Below the pieces are notes generated by a model that saw only the letters and a list, made by a program, of their open reading frames with translations, was not told the DNA's origin and ran no database searches. Below are positions 25,133 to 35,484 of a stretch of 64,000 bases of DNA, piece after piece (the stretch's first letter is position 1; each line of letters begins with the position of its first letter). The position numbers and the translations under genes were made by a program. Origin of the DNA: an uncultured Acidobacteriota bacterium (lineage in GTDB: Bacteria > Acidobacteriota > Thermoanaerobaculia > UBA5066 > Gp7-AA6); the NCBI GenBank assembly GCA_963723535.1, contig CAVRRE010000016.1, positions 12,503-76,502 on the forward strand, in the 5' to 3' direction.

Positions 25133-26685
25133 ACGCCGAGACGACGGACGTTCTCGTCCTCGGCACGGGTGTGGCCGGATGCACGGCGGCCCTCGCCGCC
25201 GCGCGGGACGGCGCCTCGGTCACGATCGTCACCCGGACCGAGGAGGCGCGCGAGTCGAACACGTTCTACGCGCAGGGCGGCATCGTGGCCCGGCCTTCCC
25301 GCGACACGCCGGAGGCGCTGGCCGCCGACATCGAGCGCACCGGCGACGGCCTTTGCTCGCCCGAGGCCGTGTCACTGATCGCGCGAGAGGGCCCGGAGCT
25401 GGTCGAGAAGCTCCTGATCGACGAGCTCCAGGTTCCCTTCGACCGCGAAAACGGCACTTTCCACTGGACGCTGGAGGGCGGGCACTCGATCGCCCGGGTG
25501 CTCCACGTCAAGGACGAGACCGGGGCGCCGATCGAACGGGCGCTCCTCGACGCATGCCGCCGCGAGAAAAACATCAAGTGGTGCCTCGCAGCCACGGCCG
25601 TGGATCTGCTGACGCTGTCGCACGACTCGGTCGACCCGGCCGACCGCTACTACCCGCCGGTCGTCATAGGCGCGCACATCCTCGAGAGGAAGACGGGCGC
25701 CGTGACGCCGCACATCGCGCGCGAGACGATCCTCGCGACCGGAGGTCTCGGCCAGGTGTACCTCCACACGACGAATCCCCCGGGCGCGCGCGGCGACGGC
25801 TTCGCGATGGCGCGACGCGCCGGAGCCCGTCTCTTGAACCTCGAGTACGTCCAGTTCCACCCGACGGCCCTCCTCCACGCGAGGGGCCGCCTGCTCCTGA
25901 CCGAGGCGCTCCGGGGCGAAGGCGCCAGGATCACCGACGCCTCGGGCAAGCCCTTTCTCCAGGACGTCCACCCCGCCGCGGAGCTCGCGCCACGCGACGT
26001 GGTGGCCCGGGCGATCCACCAGCGCATGCTCGAGAAGGACGAGCCGTACGCTCTGCTCGACATCTCCCACAAGAGCGCCGCCTGGATTCGCGAGCGGTTC
26101 CCCGGTCTCCATCGGCGCTGCCTCGAGCTCGGCTTCGACCTGACCGCGGGACCGGTGCCCGTGGTGCCCGCCGCGCACTACGCTTGCGGCGGAGTCGCCG
26201 TCGACCGCAACGGACGCACGACGCTGGGGCATTTCCGCGCGGTGGGCGAAGTCTCCTGCACGGGCGTGCACGGCGCCAACAGGCTGGCCTCGACGTCCCT
26301 CCTCGAGGGACTGCTCTGGGGCTGGCGCAGCGGCCGCGCCGCGGCCCGCGAGGCGCTCCGCCTGCGGCCCCGGCCGTTGTCGGAAGTCCGCCCCTGGCAA
26401 CCCGAGCACGAGGTCGTCGATCCGGCTCTGATCGCGCAGGACTGGATGGTCATCCGCCACACGATGTGGAACTACGTGGGATTGCTCCGATCCGAGCGCC
26501 GCCTGGATCGGGCCGGCCGGATCCTGGGCGAGCTCCGCGAGGAGATCGAAAACTTCTACCGCCACGGCACGATGTCCGACGCGCTGGTCGGCCTGCGCAA
26601 CGGCGTCCAGACGGCCATGGCGATCCACCGAGCGGCGTCGGACAATCGCGTCTCGCGGGGCAGCCACTACCGCGTCGACGGGTAG
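25129..26685 (+). CDS. nadB: L-aspartate oxidase
   Basis: GTGVAG, AQGGI, EGGHS, QFHPT, TEALRGEG, AHY, GVHGANRLASTSL, SRGSHYR. Confidence 0.95.
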   Translation: MNAETTDVLVLGTGVAGCTAALAAARDGASVTIVTRTEEARESNTFYAQGGIVARPSRDTPEALAADIERTGDGLCSPEAVSLIAREGPELVEKLLIDELQVPFDRENGTFHWTLEGGHSIARVLHVKDETGAPIERALLDACRREKNIKWCLAATAVDLLTLSHDSVDPADRYYPPVVIGAHILERKTGAVTPHIARETILATGGLGQVYLHTTNPPGARGDGFAMARRAGARLLNLEYVQFHPTALLHARGRLLLTEALRGEGARITDASGKPFLQDVHPAAELAPRDVVARAIHQRMLEKDEPYALLDISHKSAAWIRERFPGLHRRCLELGFDLTAGPVPVVPAAHYACGGVAVDRNGRTTLGHFRAVGEVSCTGVHGANRLASTSLLEGLLWGWRSGRAAAREALRLRPRPLSEVRPWQPEHEVVDPALIAQDWMVIRHTMWNYVGLLRSERRLDRAGRILGELREEIENFYRHGTMSDALVGLRNGVQTAMAIHRAASDNRVSRGSHYRVDG

Positions 26686-26699
26686 GCTATCGGGACGAC

Positions 26700-26724
26700 A
26701 GGGGCGGGGTAAGCCCCGCCCTAC
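26700..26724. repeat. REP-like GC hairpin
   Basis: GGGCGGGG-TAAG-CCCCGCCC-TAC just after nadB; the CTAC end resembles GTAG-family REPs. Confidence 0.5.
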
Positions 26725-26762
26725 GACCGTCGCGTCTCCATAGGCTATAGTCCGCCGTTGCT

Positions 26763-27341
26763 ATGAGCGTTCTTTACCTGCATTTCGACAACGACGACCG
26801 GAACAGCCGCCTCGCCCGGCTCCAGAAGAGCGGCGCGCACGTGGTCGTCGCCGAGCCCCGCTGGCCGGGATTCTTCGAGCTGGCCAAACGCGAGAAGCCC
26901 TATGCGATCGCCCTCGACTTTTCGCAAGCGCCCTCCCATTCCCTCGAGACGGCGGACTACCTTTCGAAGGCCAAGGAGACCCGCGACGCGGCGCTCTTCC
27001 TTCTCCGCGTCCCCGCCGACCGGCAGGAGGCCGTCTCGAAGCGGCTGCCGCAGGCCACGATCCTCACGGAGACCGAGCTCTCCGGAAAGCTCGCCCAGAT
27101 GGAACGCGAGGCCGAGGAGCGGGCGCGCCAGAAGAAGGAAGCCGCCGCCGCGGCCAAGAAGGCCGCCCGGGCCGCCGGCGCCGCCGCACGCGCGGCCGCG
27201 GCCGGGAAGGGTAAACCGGTCGTGGCGCCGGCGAAGCCGAAGGCCGCCGTGAAGGCCAAGGCGCCCGCGCCGGCCCCCAAGAAGAAGCCCGCCAAGAAAC
27301 CGGTAGCCGCCAAGAAGCCGCAGCCCAAGAAAAAGAAGTAA
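26763..27341 (+). CDS. Receiver-like domain protein with Lys/Ala/Pro-rich histone H1-like tail
   Basis: beta/alpha N-terminus with KPYAIALDFS; C-terminus KPKAAVKAKAPAPAPKKKPAKK. Confidence 0.7.
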   Translation: MSVLYLHFDNDDRNSRLARLQKSGAHVVVAEPRWPGFFELAKREKPYAIALDFSQAPSHSLETADYLSKAKETRDAALFLLRVPADRQEAVSKRLPQATILTETELSGKLAQMEREAEERARQKKEAAAAAKKAARAAGAAARAAAAGKGKPVVAPAKPKAAVKAKAPAPAPKKKPAKKPVAAKKPQPKKKK

Positions 27342-27356
27342 CCGAGGGGGCCCAGG

Positions 27357-28722
27357 ATGTCCGGATTCACCCGAGAAAAGCTGCAGTCGTACGCGCGCGG
27401 CAAGCGCGGAGAGTTCGAGGGCGTCCTCGAAAAGGTCGTCGAGATCCCGTCGGTTTCGGTCGACCCGGCGCGCAAGGGCGACGTCCACCGCGCCGCCGAA
27501 TACGCCGTGTCGCTTCTCGAGTCGTTCGGGGCGAAGGCGAAACTGTACGAGACGAAGGGCCACCCGATGGTCTACGGCCGCTTCGACCGGGGCCCGAGCT
27601 ACCCCACGGTCACCGTCTACAACCACCTCGACGTCCAGCCGGCGGAAGGTCCCGACTGGAACACGGAGCCCTTCGATTTCATCCGCGAGGGCGACAAGTA
27701 CCGGGGACGCGGCACGACCGACGACAAGGGACCCGCGATGACGGCCCTCTTCGGCGCCCGCTACGCCCTCGAGCAGGGCGTTCCCCTCAACATCCATTTC
27801 CTCTGGGAGCTCGAGGAGGAGATCGGCAGCCCGCACTTCGAGACGACGATCCGCGCGAACGCGAAGGAGTTCGCCACGAACTCGGTCGTCGTCTCCGACA
27901 CCGTGTGGGTCTCCCGCGCGCGCCCGGCGTGCCCGGCCGGCCTGCGGGGACTGCAGGGGTTGCGCCTGGAGCTGCAGACGGGCGAGACCGACCAGCACTC
28001 CGGCACGGCCGGCGGCGCGGCGCGCAATCCCGTCACGGAGCTCTGCCAGCTCATCGCCGAGTGCGTCGACGGGAAGACCGGAAAGGTCAAGATCCCCGGC
28101 TTCTACAAGGACGTCGTGCCCCCGACGAAGAAGGAGCTCGAGGACCTCAAGAAGTGCGGCTTCACGGTGAAGGACTTCAAGCGGGACCACCTCTTCCGGT
28201 CGCTGCGCGTCAACGACGCGCTCGAAGTCATGAAGCGGATCTGGATGATGCCGACCTTCGAGGTCCACGGCATCGCCGGCGGCTACCAGGGCCCGGGCGT
28301 CAAGACGATCATCCCGCCGAAGGCCACGGCCATCGTGTCCTGCCGCCTCGTTCCCAAGATGAGCTCGGCGAAGATCGTCAAGCTCGTCAAGGACTTCGTG
28401 AAGAAGAAGAACCCGGACGTGAAGGTGTTCGGCCGAGCACGCGCTGCCGCCCTACGAGGGCAAGACGACCGGCCCGTACGCCGACGCGATCCGCGGCGCC
28501 ATGAAGTTCGCCTTCGGCAAGGAGCCCGTCTTCGTGCGCGAGGGCGGCTCGATCGGGGCCGTCCTCTCGATGGAGAAGGTCCTCAAGGCTCCCGTCTTCT
28601 TTCTCGGGCTGTCGCTCCCGGAGCACGGCTATCACGCGCCCAACGAGAACTTCGACTGGCCGCAGGCCGAGGGCGGCATGGCCGCCTTCGCAGACTACTT
28701 CCGCCGACTCGCCGAGATGTAG
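27357..28722 (+). CDS. M20 family metallo-dipeptidase, frameshift near 28432
   Basis: [35 protein letters not shown]. Confidence 0.9.
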
Positions 28723-28767
28723 ATACGGGCGGCCGCCCGGGGCCGCCCCGACGACGGGGGACACCCG

Positions 28768-31055
28768 ATGAAGCATCGCCGACTCCTGCTCGGACTCTGT
28801 CTTCTCTCCCCTGTCGTCCTGCTCGCGCAGCCGACTCCGGTTCCGACTCCGGCGCGCGACGCCGTCTCCGCCCAGCTCGACCGGATCTACAACCAGTCCG
28901 CCTACAAGGAGAAGAAGTTCGGGCCGTTCCAGTGGCTCGAAGGCGGCAAGGCCTACACGACCGTCGAGCCCTCGGCCGCCACGGCGGGCGGCAAGGACCT
29001 CATCCGCTACGACTCGGCGACCGGCGCGCGGCGCGTTCTGTTCGGCGGCCGCGGCGCTCGTGCCCGCGCCCGGCCAGCCGCCGCTCGACCCCGAGGAATA
29101 CTCCTGGTCCGCGGACGGCCGGAAGCTTCTGATCTTCACGAACACGCGCAAGGTCTGGCGCAAGAACACCCGCGGCGACTACTGGGTCCTCGACGTCCCC
29201 GCGGGCAAGCTCCAGAAGCTCGGCGCGGGCAAGCCCGAATCCAGCCTCATGTTCGCCAAGTTCTCCCCCGACGGAACGCGCGTCGCGTACGTCCAGGCCA
29301 ACGACCTCTGGGTCGAGGAGCTTGCGAGCGGAAAGATCACGCGGCTGACCTCCGACGGCGGCCCGACGACCGTCAACGGCACCGCCGATTGGGTCTACGA
29401 AGAGGAGTTCGAGGTCCGTGACGGATTCCGCTGGAGCCCGAACGGCCAGGACATCGCGTTCTGGCACTTCGACGCCAGCGGGATCGGCGAGTTCTCGCTG
29501 ATCAACGACACGGACACGCTCTACCCCGTCGTCACGCCGCATCGCGTACCCCAAGGCCGGCACGACGAACTCGGCCGTCAAGATCGGCGTCGTGTCGGCG
29601 GGCGGCGGGGCGGCCCCCCGCTGGATCGCGCTGCCGGGCGACCCGCGCCAGATGTACGTGCCGCGGATGGAGTACGTCGACTTCACGGGCGAGATCGTCC
29701 TCCAGCAGATGAACCGGCTCCAGAACACGAACGAGGTGTGGCTTGCGGAACCGACAAAGGAGGCGGGCAAGGCGCGGAAGATGCTCCACGACGAGGACCG
29801 GGCGTGGCTCGACGTCGTCGATTCCTGGCAGTGGCTTCCGGGCAAGGAGCTCCTCTGGGTCAGCGAAGGGCACGGCTGGCGGCACGCCTACGCCGCGCCG
29901 CGGGACGGCGCGAACTGGCGACTCCTGACGCCCGGCGACTTCGACATCGAGACCGTCGAGGGTGTCGACGAAAAGGGAGAGTTCCTCTACTTCATCGCCT
30001 CCCCCGACGACGCGACGCGCCGCTATCTCTATCGGGCCCGGCTCGACGGGCGCGGCTCGCCGCTGCGGGTCACGCCGGCGAATCAGCCCGGGACGCACAG
30101 CTACAAGATCTCTCCCGACGGGCGCTACGCGGTTCACACGCTCTCGACGATCGACCGGCCGCCGGTCACCGACCTCGTGCAGCTGCCCGAGCACAAGAGC
30201 CTGCGCGTGCTCGAGGACAACCGGGAGCTCGCCGCGGCCGTCGCGCCCGTCCTGGCGCCGGCGACGGAGTTCTTCCGCGTCGACATCGGCGGCGGCGTGC
30301 AGCTCGACGGGTGGATGGTCAAGCCGAAGAACTTCGATCCGTCGAAGAAGTACCCGCTCCTGATGTACGTCTATGGCGAGCCCGCGGGCGTCGAGGCCAC
30401 CGACAAGTGGCGGGGCGACCCGACCTACCGGATGCTCTTCCACCGGGCGCTCGCCGACGCGGGCTACGTCGTCGCGTGCGTCGACAATCGCGGCACGCCG
30501 TCCCTCAAGGGCCGCGAGTGGCGCAAGATCATCTACGGCGAGGTCGGCGTCCTCGCCACGGCCGACCAGACCGCCGCCGTCCGGGCGATGCTCGCGTCGC
30601 GCCCGTACCTCGATCCCGAGCGTGTCGCTTCGTGGGGATGGAGCGGCGGAGGCTCGATGACGCTGAACCTGCTCTTCCGCTCACCCGACCTCTACAAGGT
30701 CGGCATGTCCGTAGCGCCCGTGCCCGACCAGACGCTCTACGACACGATCTACCAGGAGCGCTACATGGGCCTGCCCGCCCAGAATGCCGAGGGCTACCGG
30801 AAGGGCTCACCCATCTTTTTCGCCGAGGGGCTGCGGGGCAAGCTTCTGCTCGTCCACGGCTCCGGCGACGACAACGTGCACTACCAGGGCACCGAGCGGC
30901 TGATCAACCGGCTCATCGTCCTCGGCAAGCCGTTCGAGTTCATGGTCTACCCGAACCGCACGCACTCGATCAACGAGGGCGAAGGCACGTCGTACCACCT
31001 CCACGCGCTCCTCGCGCGGCATCTGCGCGAGAACCTCCGGGCCGGACCGAAATGA
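28768..31055 (+). CDS. S9B dipeptidyl peptidase IV, frameshifted
   Basis: Signal peptide; [39 protein letters not shown]. Confidence 0.92.
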
Positions 31056-31069
31056 AGCGTCGAGAGCTC

Positions 31070-31140
31070 GAGTCGAGGGTCGAAGAGTTGGGAGAGCCGG
31101 CGACTCCGGCGTCGACCCGTGAACCCTAGACCCTCGACTC
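31070..31140. terminator. Inverted repeat between convergent DPP IV and dapA-like genes
   Basis: GAGTCGAGGGTC ... GACCCTCGACTC arms. Confidence 0.45.
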
Positions 31141-32059
31141 TCGACTTTTCGCCCGACTTCGGAAGCAGCCGGTAGCCGGCAAGCGTCTTCTCGATCTTCC
31201 GTCGCGTGTCGTCGCGGACCGGGACGAGCGGAAGCCGGAGCGTCTCCCCGCACTTCTTCATGAGCGACAGCGCGCACTTGACCGGACCGGGGCTGGTTTC
31301 GAGATAGTTCATCTCCATCAGGGGCTCGTACTTCCGCTGGAGCTCGAGGGCGCGCTCCCGGTCGTTCGCCAGGGCGGAGCGGACCAGCTCGCCCATCTCC
31401 TTCGGAATCTCGTTCGCCACGGTCGAGATCAAGCCCCGCGCGCCCAGGGCGATCAGGGCGAGGGCGGTCGTGTCGTTGCCCGAGAAGACCGCGAAATCCC
31501 GAGGCAGGGTCGCCATGAGCTTCGCGATCTTGCCGAAGTTCGAGGACGCCTCCTGGAGCCCCGCGACGTTCGGAATCTCGGAGAGCCTCTGGATCGTGGG
31601 GACGTCGAGGTCCGAGCCCGTCCGCGACGGGTTGTTGTAGACGATCATCGGGAGGTCGGTGGCCTCGGCGATCGCCGAGAAGTGGCGCAGGAGTCCGTCG
31701 GGGCTGGGCTGGTTGTACATCGGCGTGACCGACACGATCCCGTCGGCCCCGGCCGCGGCCGCCTCGCTGGCCCAGAAGACGGCGCGGGCCGTGTGGTTGC
31801 CCCCGGCGCCCCCAATCACCGGAACGCGGCCATTCGCCGCCCGCACGACGGCCGCCGTGACGGCCTTGCGCTCGTCGCGCGAGAGCGTCGGCGACTCGCC
31901 GGTCGTCCCGCAGGGCACGAGAAAGTCGATGCCTTGTGATACCTGCCACTCGACCAGCGCCTGGAGGACGCCGAAGGCGATGCGCCCCTTGTCGTCGAAC
32001 GGCGTCACGAGGGCCGTGCCGCACCCGCTCCAGTCGACGCGCTTCCCGATGTACTTCAC
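31126..32059 (-). CDS. dapA: Dihydrodipicolinate synthase family protein (DapA-like; catalytic Lys reads Gln); 3' end approximate
   Basis: RBS AAGGAGG; TALVTPF, GTTGES, YNNPSRTG, SGND; GLQEAS instead of GxKEAS. Confidence 0.75.
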
Positions 32060-32134
32060 GCGACCTCCTTCCAGCGCCGATTTCCGGGGGCCAACCGTAT
32101 AATCGTTTCGCATCCGAGTTCGAGAAAAAAGACC

Positions 32135-32536
32135 GTGAGCTCCGCGCCTGCCGGCCCCCGCTGCCCGCGCTGCCATCGGCCTCTGGCCGCCTGGCGGCTG
32201 AACCACTGCATCTATTGCGGCGAGTCGTTCCCGGCCGACTTGAAGCAGGGCCACGAGGCGCCGGACGCGCTGAAGTGGGTGGAGCGCCCGGCGTTGCCCG
32301 CCGACGTGTCGAAGAAGCTCGAGATGATGAAAGTCGTCCCGTCGCAGGCCCCGCGAAAGTCGAGGAGCTTCATGGCGATCGCGGGCCTCGTGTCGATCCC
32401 GATCTTCGGCGCGATCTTCTACCTGACCTACACGATGCTCCGGCAGCTCTCGCCGACCTCGAGCCTGCTCGTCCTCGTGGGCGGCATCGGCGTGGTCGCG
32501 TACCTCGGCTGGATCTTCTACAAGGCCCGCAAGTAA
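32135..32536 (+). CDS. Zinc-ribbon membrane protein
   Basis: CPRC...CIYC plus two C-terminal TM helices; TATAAT at about 32098. Confidence 0.7.
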   Translation: MSSAPAGPRCPRCHRPLAAWRLNHCIYCGESFPADLKQGHEAPDALKWVERPALPADVSKKLEMMKVVPSQAPRKSRSFMAIAGLVSIPIFGAIFYLTYTMLRQLSPTSSLLVLVGGIGVVAYLGWIFYKARK

Positions 32537-32636
32537 CCGCGGACGCGGCGAAACGGGGCGGGGGCGTCCGCACCTACGTTCTGCGCGGCACGATGTCGGA
32601 CCGTAGGGACGGCTTGCGGGCGCCCCGTTGAGCCGC

Positions 32637-33551
32637 TCAGTCGAAGAGCGTCTTCGGCTTCTCGGTCTCCCGGAACGGAATCCCGAGCTCCCGCGCGAGC
32701 GCGCGGATCGTCAGCGGCGCGCAGCCCTCCGAGCGGTTGTTGACGAGGAGGAACGCGTCCGCTCCGGCCGCGGTGATGTGCCGGACGAGGCGGACGAGGT
32801 CGCGGCGCATGTCCTCGCGCGGCGCGAGGATCCGGTCGTACGGGCGGAAACGCTCGACCGCCTGCTCGTACGGCACCCCCGGAGGCACGAGGATGCGCGC
32901 GACCGCATAGTCCGCGGCCAGGGGCCGGGCCGCCTCCCATTGCTCGAGAAGCGGGGGCGTCCGGGTCCACCAGTTGAAGACGTGGGCGGCGTTGCGGCGC
33001 CGCAGGACATCGAAGTAGTCCGAGGTGAAGTACTGCGGCGTGCGGATCTCGACCGCCCAGCGGAGACCCGGGGGCGAGGCGCCGAGGAACCTGTCCAGCC
33101 TCTCGAGAAACTCCGTCCGGCGCTCGGGCGAGGGTTGCCAGTCGGTCGGAAACTCCAGGATGAAGGGGCCGGTGTGCCCCGAGAAAGCCTCGACGTACGG
33201 CGGCAGCACCTCTTCCCGGAAGACCTTCGGATCCAGCCAGCGCGGGTTCTCCGCTCCCGCGCGCTCGGCGTGCCGGGGCAGCTCCGGGAAATGCGGCATC
33301 GTCAGCTCCTCCCAGACCTTGGAGAACACCGGGAAGCCGGGCGGCAGCATCGCGGCGTAGCGCGCGAGCTGGCGCGCCGTCGGGGGCCGGTAAAAGGTAA
33401 AGTCGAACTCGACGGTCCGGAAGGGCTCGAAGCGGGCGTACTCGCGCAGGCACTCCACCTTGAAGGTCGCCTCGCGGTAGCGCTCGTGGTAGACGATCCC
33501 CTTCCAGCCCTCGTATGCGAAGCTCGCGGTACCGAAAAAAACCTCCGCCAC
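32637..33551 (-). CDS. DUF72 (YecE/YunF) family protein
   Basis: FGTASFAYEGWKG, TVEFDFTFY, AVEIR, NNRSEG. Confidence 0.88.
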   Translation of the reverse strand: MAEVFFGTASFAYEGWKGIVYHERYREATFKVECLREYARFEPFRTVEFDFTFYRPPTARQLARYAAMLPPGFPVFSKVWEELTMPHFPELPRHAERAGAENPRWLDPKVFREEVLPPYVEAFSGHTGPFILEFPTDWQPSPERRTEFLERLDRFLGASPPGLRWAVEIRTPQYFTSDYFDVLRRRNAAHVFNWWTRTPPLLEQWEAARPLAADYAVARILVPPGVPYEQAVERFRPYDRILAPREDMRRDLVRLVRHITAAGADAFLLVNNRSEGCAPLTIRALARELGIPFRETEKPKTLFD

Positions 33552-33561
33552 GCTGAGGAGT

Positions 33562-34020
33562 ATGTCGCACGAAAAAGCCCCGACGATTCCCCTGCGGGGA
33601 CGCGCCGAGATCGTGGATCGGCTCGAGATCCCCGCGGCGCGGAGGCTCCTCCTCGCCGAGGCGCCGCCGCAGTTCGAGCAGATCCTCGCGGCGAGCCTTG
33701 CTCCCGAACAGTCGCTGACGCCGATCGAGGCCCGCAAGCTCCGCTCGATCAAGGAATCCTTCGACTGGATCCTTCTCTGGCAGGAGAACCGGGTCGGCTC
33801 GCGCGCCGTCTTCGATGCCGCCCTCAAGCGGCTCGAGCCGGAGGGGCGCCTCTGGGTCGTGACGGCCCTGCGCAAGGTCCAGGGCCCGAGGACTCCGGCG
33901 GCCCACCGGCTGGAAGCCGGCGATCTCGCGAAGGCCTTCGAGAAGGAGGGTCTGGCGGGAGGCCGGGAAGCGCGCCTATCGGCCTGGCACGTGGCTCATC
34001 GATTCACGCGGCAGAAATGA
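33562..34020 (+). CDS. Hypothetical protein (DUF3052-like)
   Basis: FDWILLW, LEPEGRLWVV..K; RBS GAGGAG. Confidence 0.6.
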   Translation: MSHEKAPTIPLRGRAEIVDRLEIPAARRLLLAEAPPQFEQILAASLAPEQSLTPIEARKLRSIKESFDWILLWQENRVGSRAVFDAALKRLEPEGRLWVVTALRKVQGPRTPAAHRLEAGDLAKAFEKEGLAGGREARLSAWHVAHRFTRQK

Positions 34021-34054
34021 GGCGGCGCTCCACGCGCCGAAGGGTGGCGCGGGT

Positions 34055-34372
34055 CTACTCGACGTAGGGAAAGAATCGCCCCGTGACCCGGAAGAAGCGG
34101 CCGCTCGGCGGCTCGACGGTGAGCTGGCAGCGCGAGACCTCGAGGGTCGTCGAGAACGACACGCCCGGGGCCGTGAGGCTGATCGGGTACTTGGTGCCGA
34201 CCTTGAGGGGCGCGTCGAAATCGAATCGCACGCCGGTCGGCGACACGTCCAGGACCTGGCGGGCCTTCTCCCACCGGATCTTCAGCTCGTACTGGTCCGG
34301 CTTCAGCTTGCGCGCCGATCGCGAGTCCTCGACAGGACTCTTGGCCGGCGGATCAGTTCGTCTCTCTGGCAT
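34055..34372 (-). CDS. Stand-alone PilZ-like domain protein
   Basis: DVSPTG (DxSxxG) motif, beta-rich body, final VTGRF; the Arg motif is degenerate (SRSARK). Confidence 0.6.
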   Translation of the reverse strand: MPERRTDPPAKSPVEDSRSARKLKPDQYELKIRWEKARQVLDVSPTGVRFDFDAPLKVGTKYPISLTAPGVSFSTTLEVSRCQLTVEPPSGRFFRVTGRFFPYVE

Positions 34373-34506
34373 CGGGCTCCGGGGGAGGTAGCCTACTCCC
34401 CTTTCCTGCTCGTTCAAAAATGCGCCGGCAGGCCAATGACGGCCGCCGGCGTGGTGGCCCCCCGGCCGGGGGGCGGGCAGTGTATCTCAGGGACGGGCGC
34501 TCCGGA

Positions 34507-35484
34507 CTAGGCCAGGACGTCCCGCCGCACGAACACGGCGAAGGCCGCGAGCACGGCCGCCGCAGCCCAGGCCGCGAGGACCGCCGCGCCGAGCTCGACC
34601 GTCAGGCCCGGGATCGGCGGCGGCGAGCCGGAGTAGTAGTCCGGCAGCGGGAGGTTGGTCACGAACAGAAACTTCTGGGCTTCCCACTGCGACGCGAGCC
34701 GCGGCAGGATCGTGCCGGCGATCAGCGCCGCGAGCATGGTGCCCATGGACGCCGCCGTCGAGCGCAGGAGCACCGATGTCAGCAGCGCGATCGCTCCCAC
34801 GCAGAGCGCCGCGAACCAGGCGAGGCCGTAGACGAGGATCGCGTCCTGCCAGAGAGGCACCGCGCGCACCGTCGACGGGTCGAAGATGTCCCCGCCGACG
34901 CGAAAGCCGGTGAGCACGGGTGCGTCCCATCCGGGCCAGCCGTACGCGAACCCGCCGAAGAGATAAGCCACGATGCCGCCGAAGACGACGGTGAGGGTGA
35001 TCGCGAGCGACTGCGCCACGAGCTTGGAGGCCAGCACGCGCGCCCGGCCGACCGGGCGCGTCAGCAGCAGCTTGATCGTCCCCTGCTGGAATTCCGCCGA
35101 TACGACGTCGGCGGCGAAAACGATCGCGAGCAGCGGCAGGAGCAGATAGCTCGACGCGTTCGCGAACGCCCGAGCGAAGAGCGGCCCCGAGATCGCCTCG
35201 GGATCGATGTCGCGTTCGAGGTGGTACTGGAGGCGGCCGAGCTCGAAGGTCGCCCACCGGCGCGAGGAGGCCGGCATGCGTTCGTTCCGCAGCCAGTTCT
35301 GGATCCTCGCCATGCGCTCCTGCGTCTCGACGCGCCAGTTCTTGTCGTGGTAGCGCTCGCGCGCCCGCGACTGGGCGAAGACGATCAGGCCGATGAGCGC
35401 GACGAGGATCAGCACGACCACGCGAAAGCGGCGTTGCTTCGCGAACTTCAAGAGCTCGTTCTCGACGAGGCCGGGGAATCTCAT
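34507..35484 (-). CDS. ABC-2 type transporter permease
   Basis: ENELLK, EFQQGTIKLLLTRP, multiple TM helices. Confidence 0.9.
   Translation of the reverse strand: MRFPGLVENELLKFAKQRRFRVVVLILVALIGLIVFAQSRARERYHDKNWRVETQERMARIQNWLRNERMPASSRRWATFELGRLQYHLERDIDPEAISGPLFARAFANASSYLLLPLLAIVFAADVVSAEFQQGTIKLLLTRPVGRARVLASKLVAQSLAITLTVVFGGIVAYLFGGFAYGWPGWDAPVLTGFRVGGDIFDPSTVRAVPLWQDAILVYGLAWFAALCVGAIALLTSVLLRSTAASMGTMLAALIAGTILPRLASQWEAQKFLFVTNLPLPDYYSGSPPPIPGLTVELGAAVLAAWAAAAVLAAFAVFVRRDVLA

Noticed and set aside
30947-31125. C-terminal extension of DapA overlapping the DPP IV gene
   Set aside because: It runs through a terminator-like inverted repeat; an out-of-frame TAG near 31126 suggests an indel.
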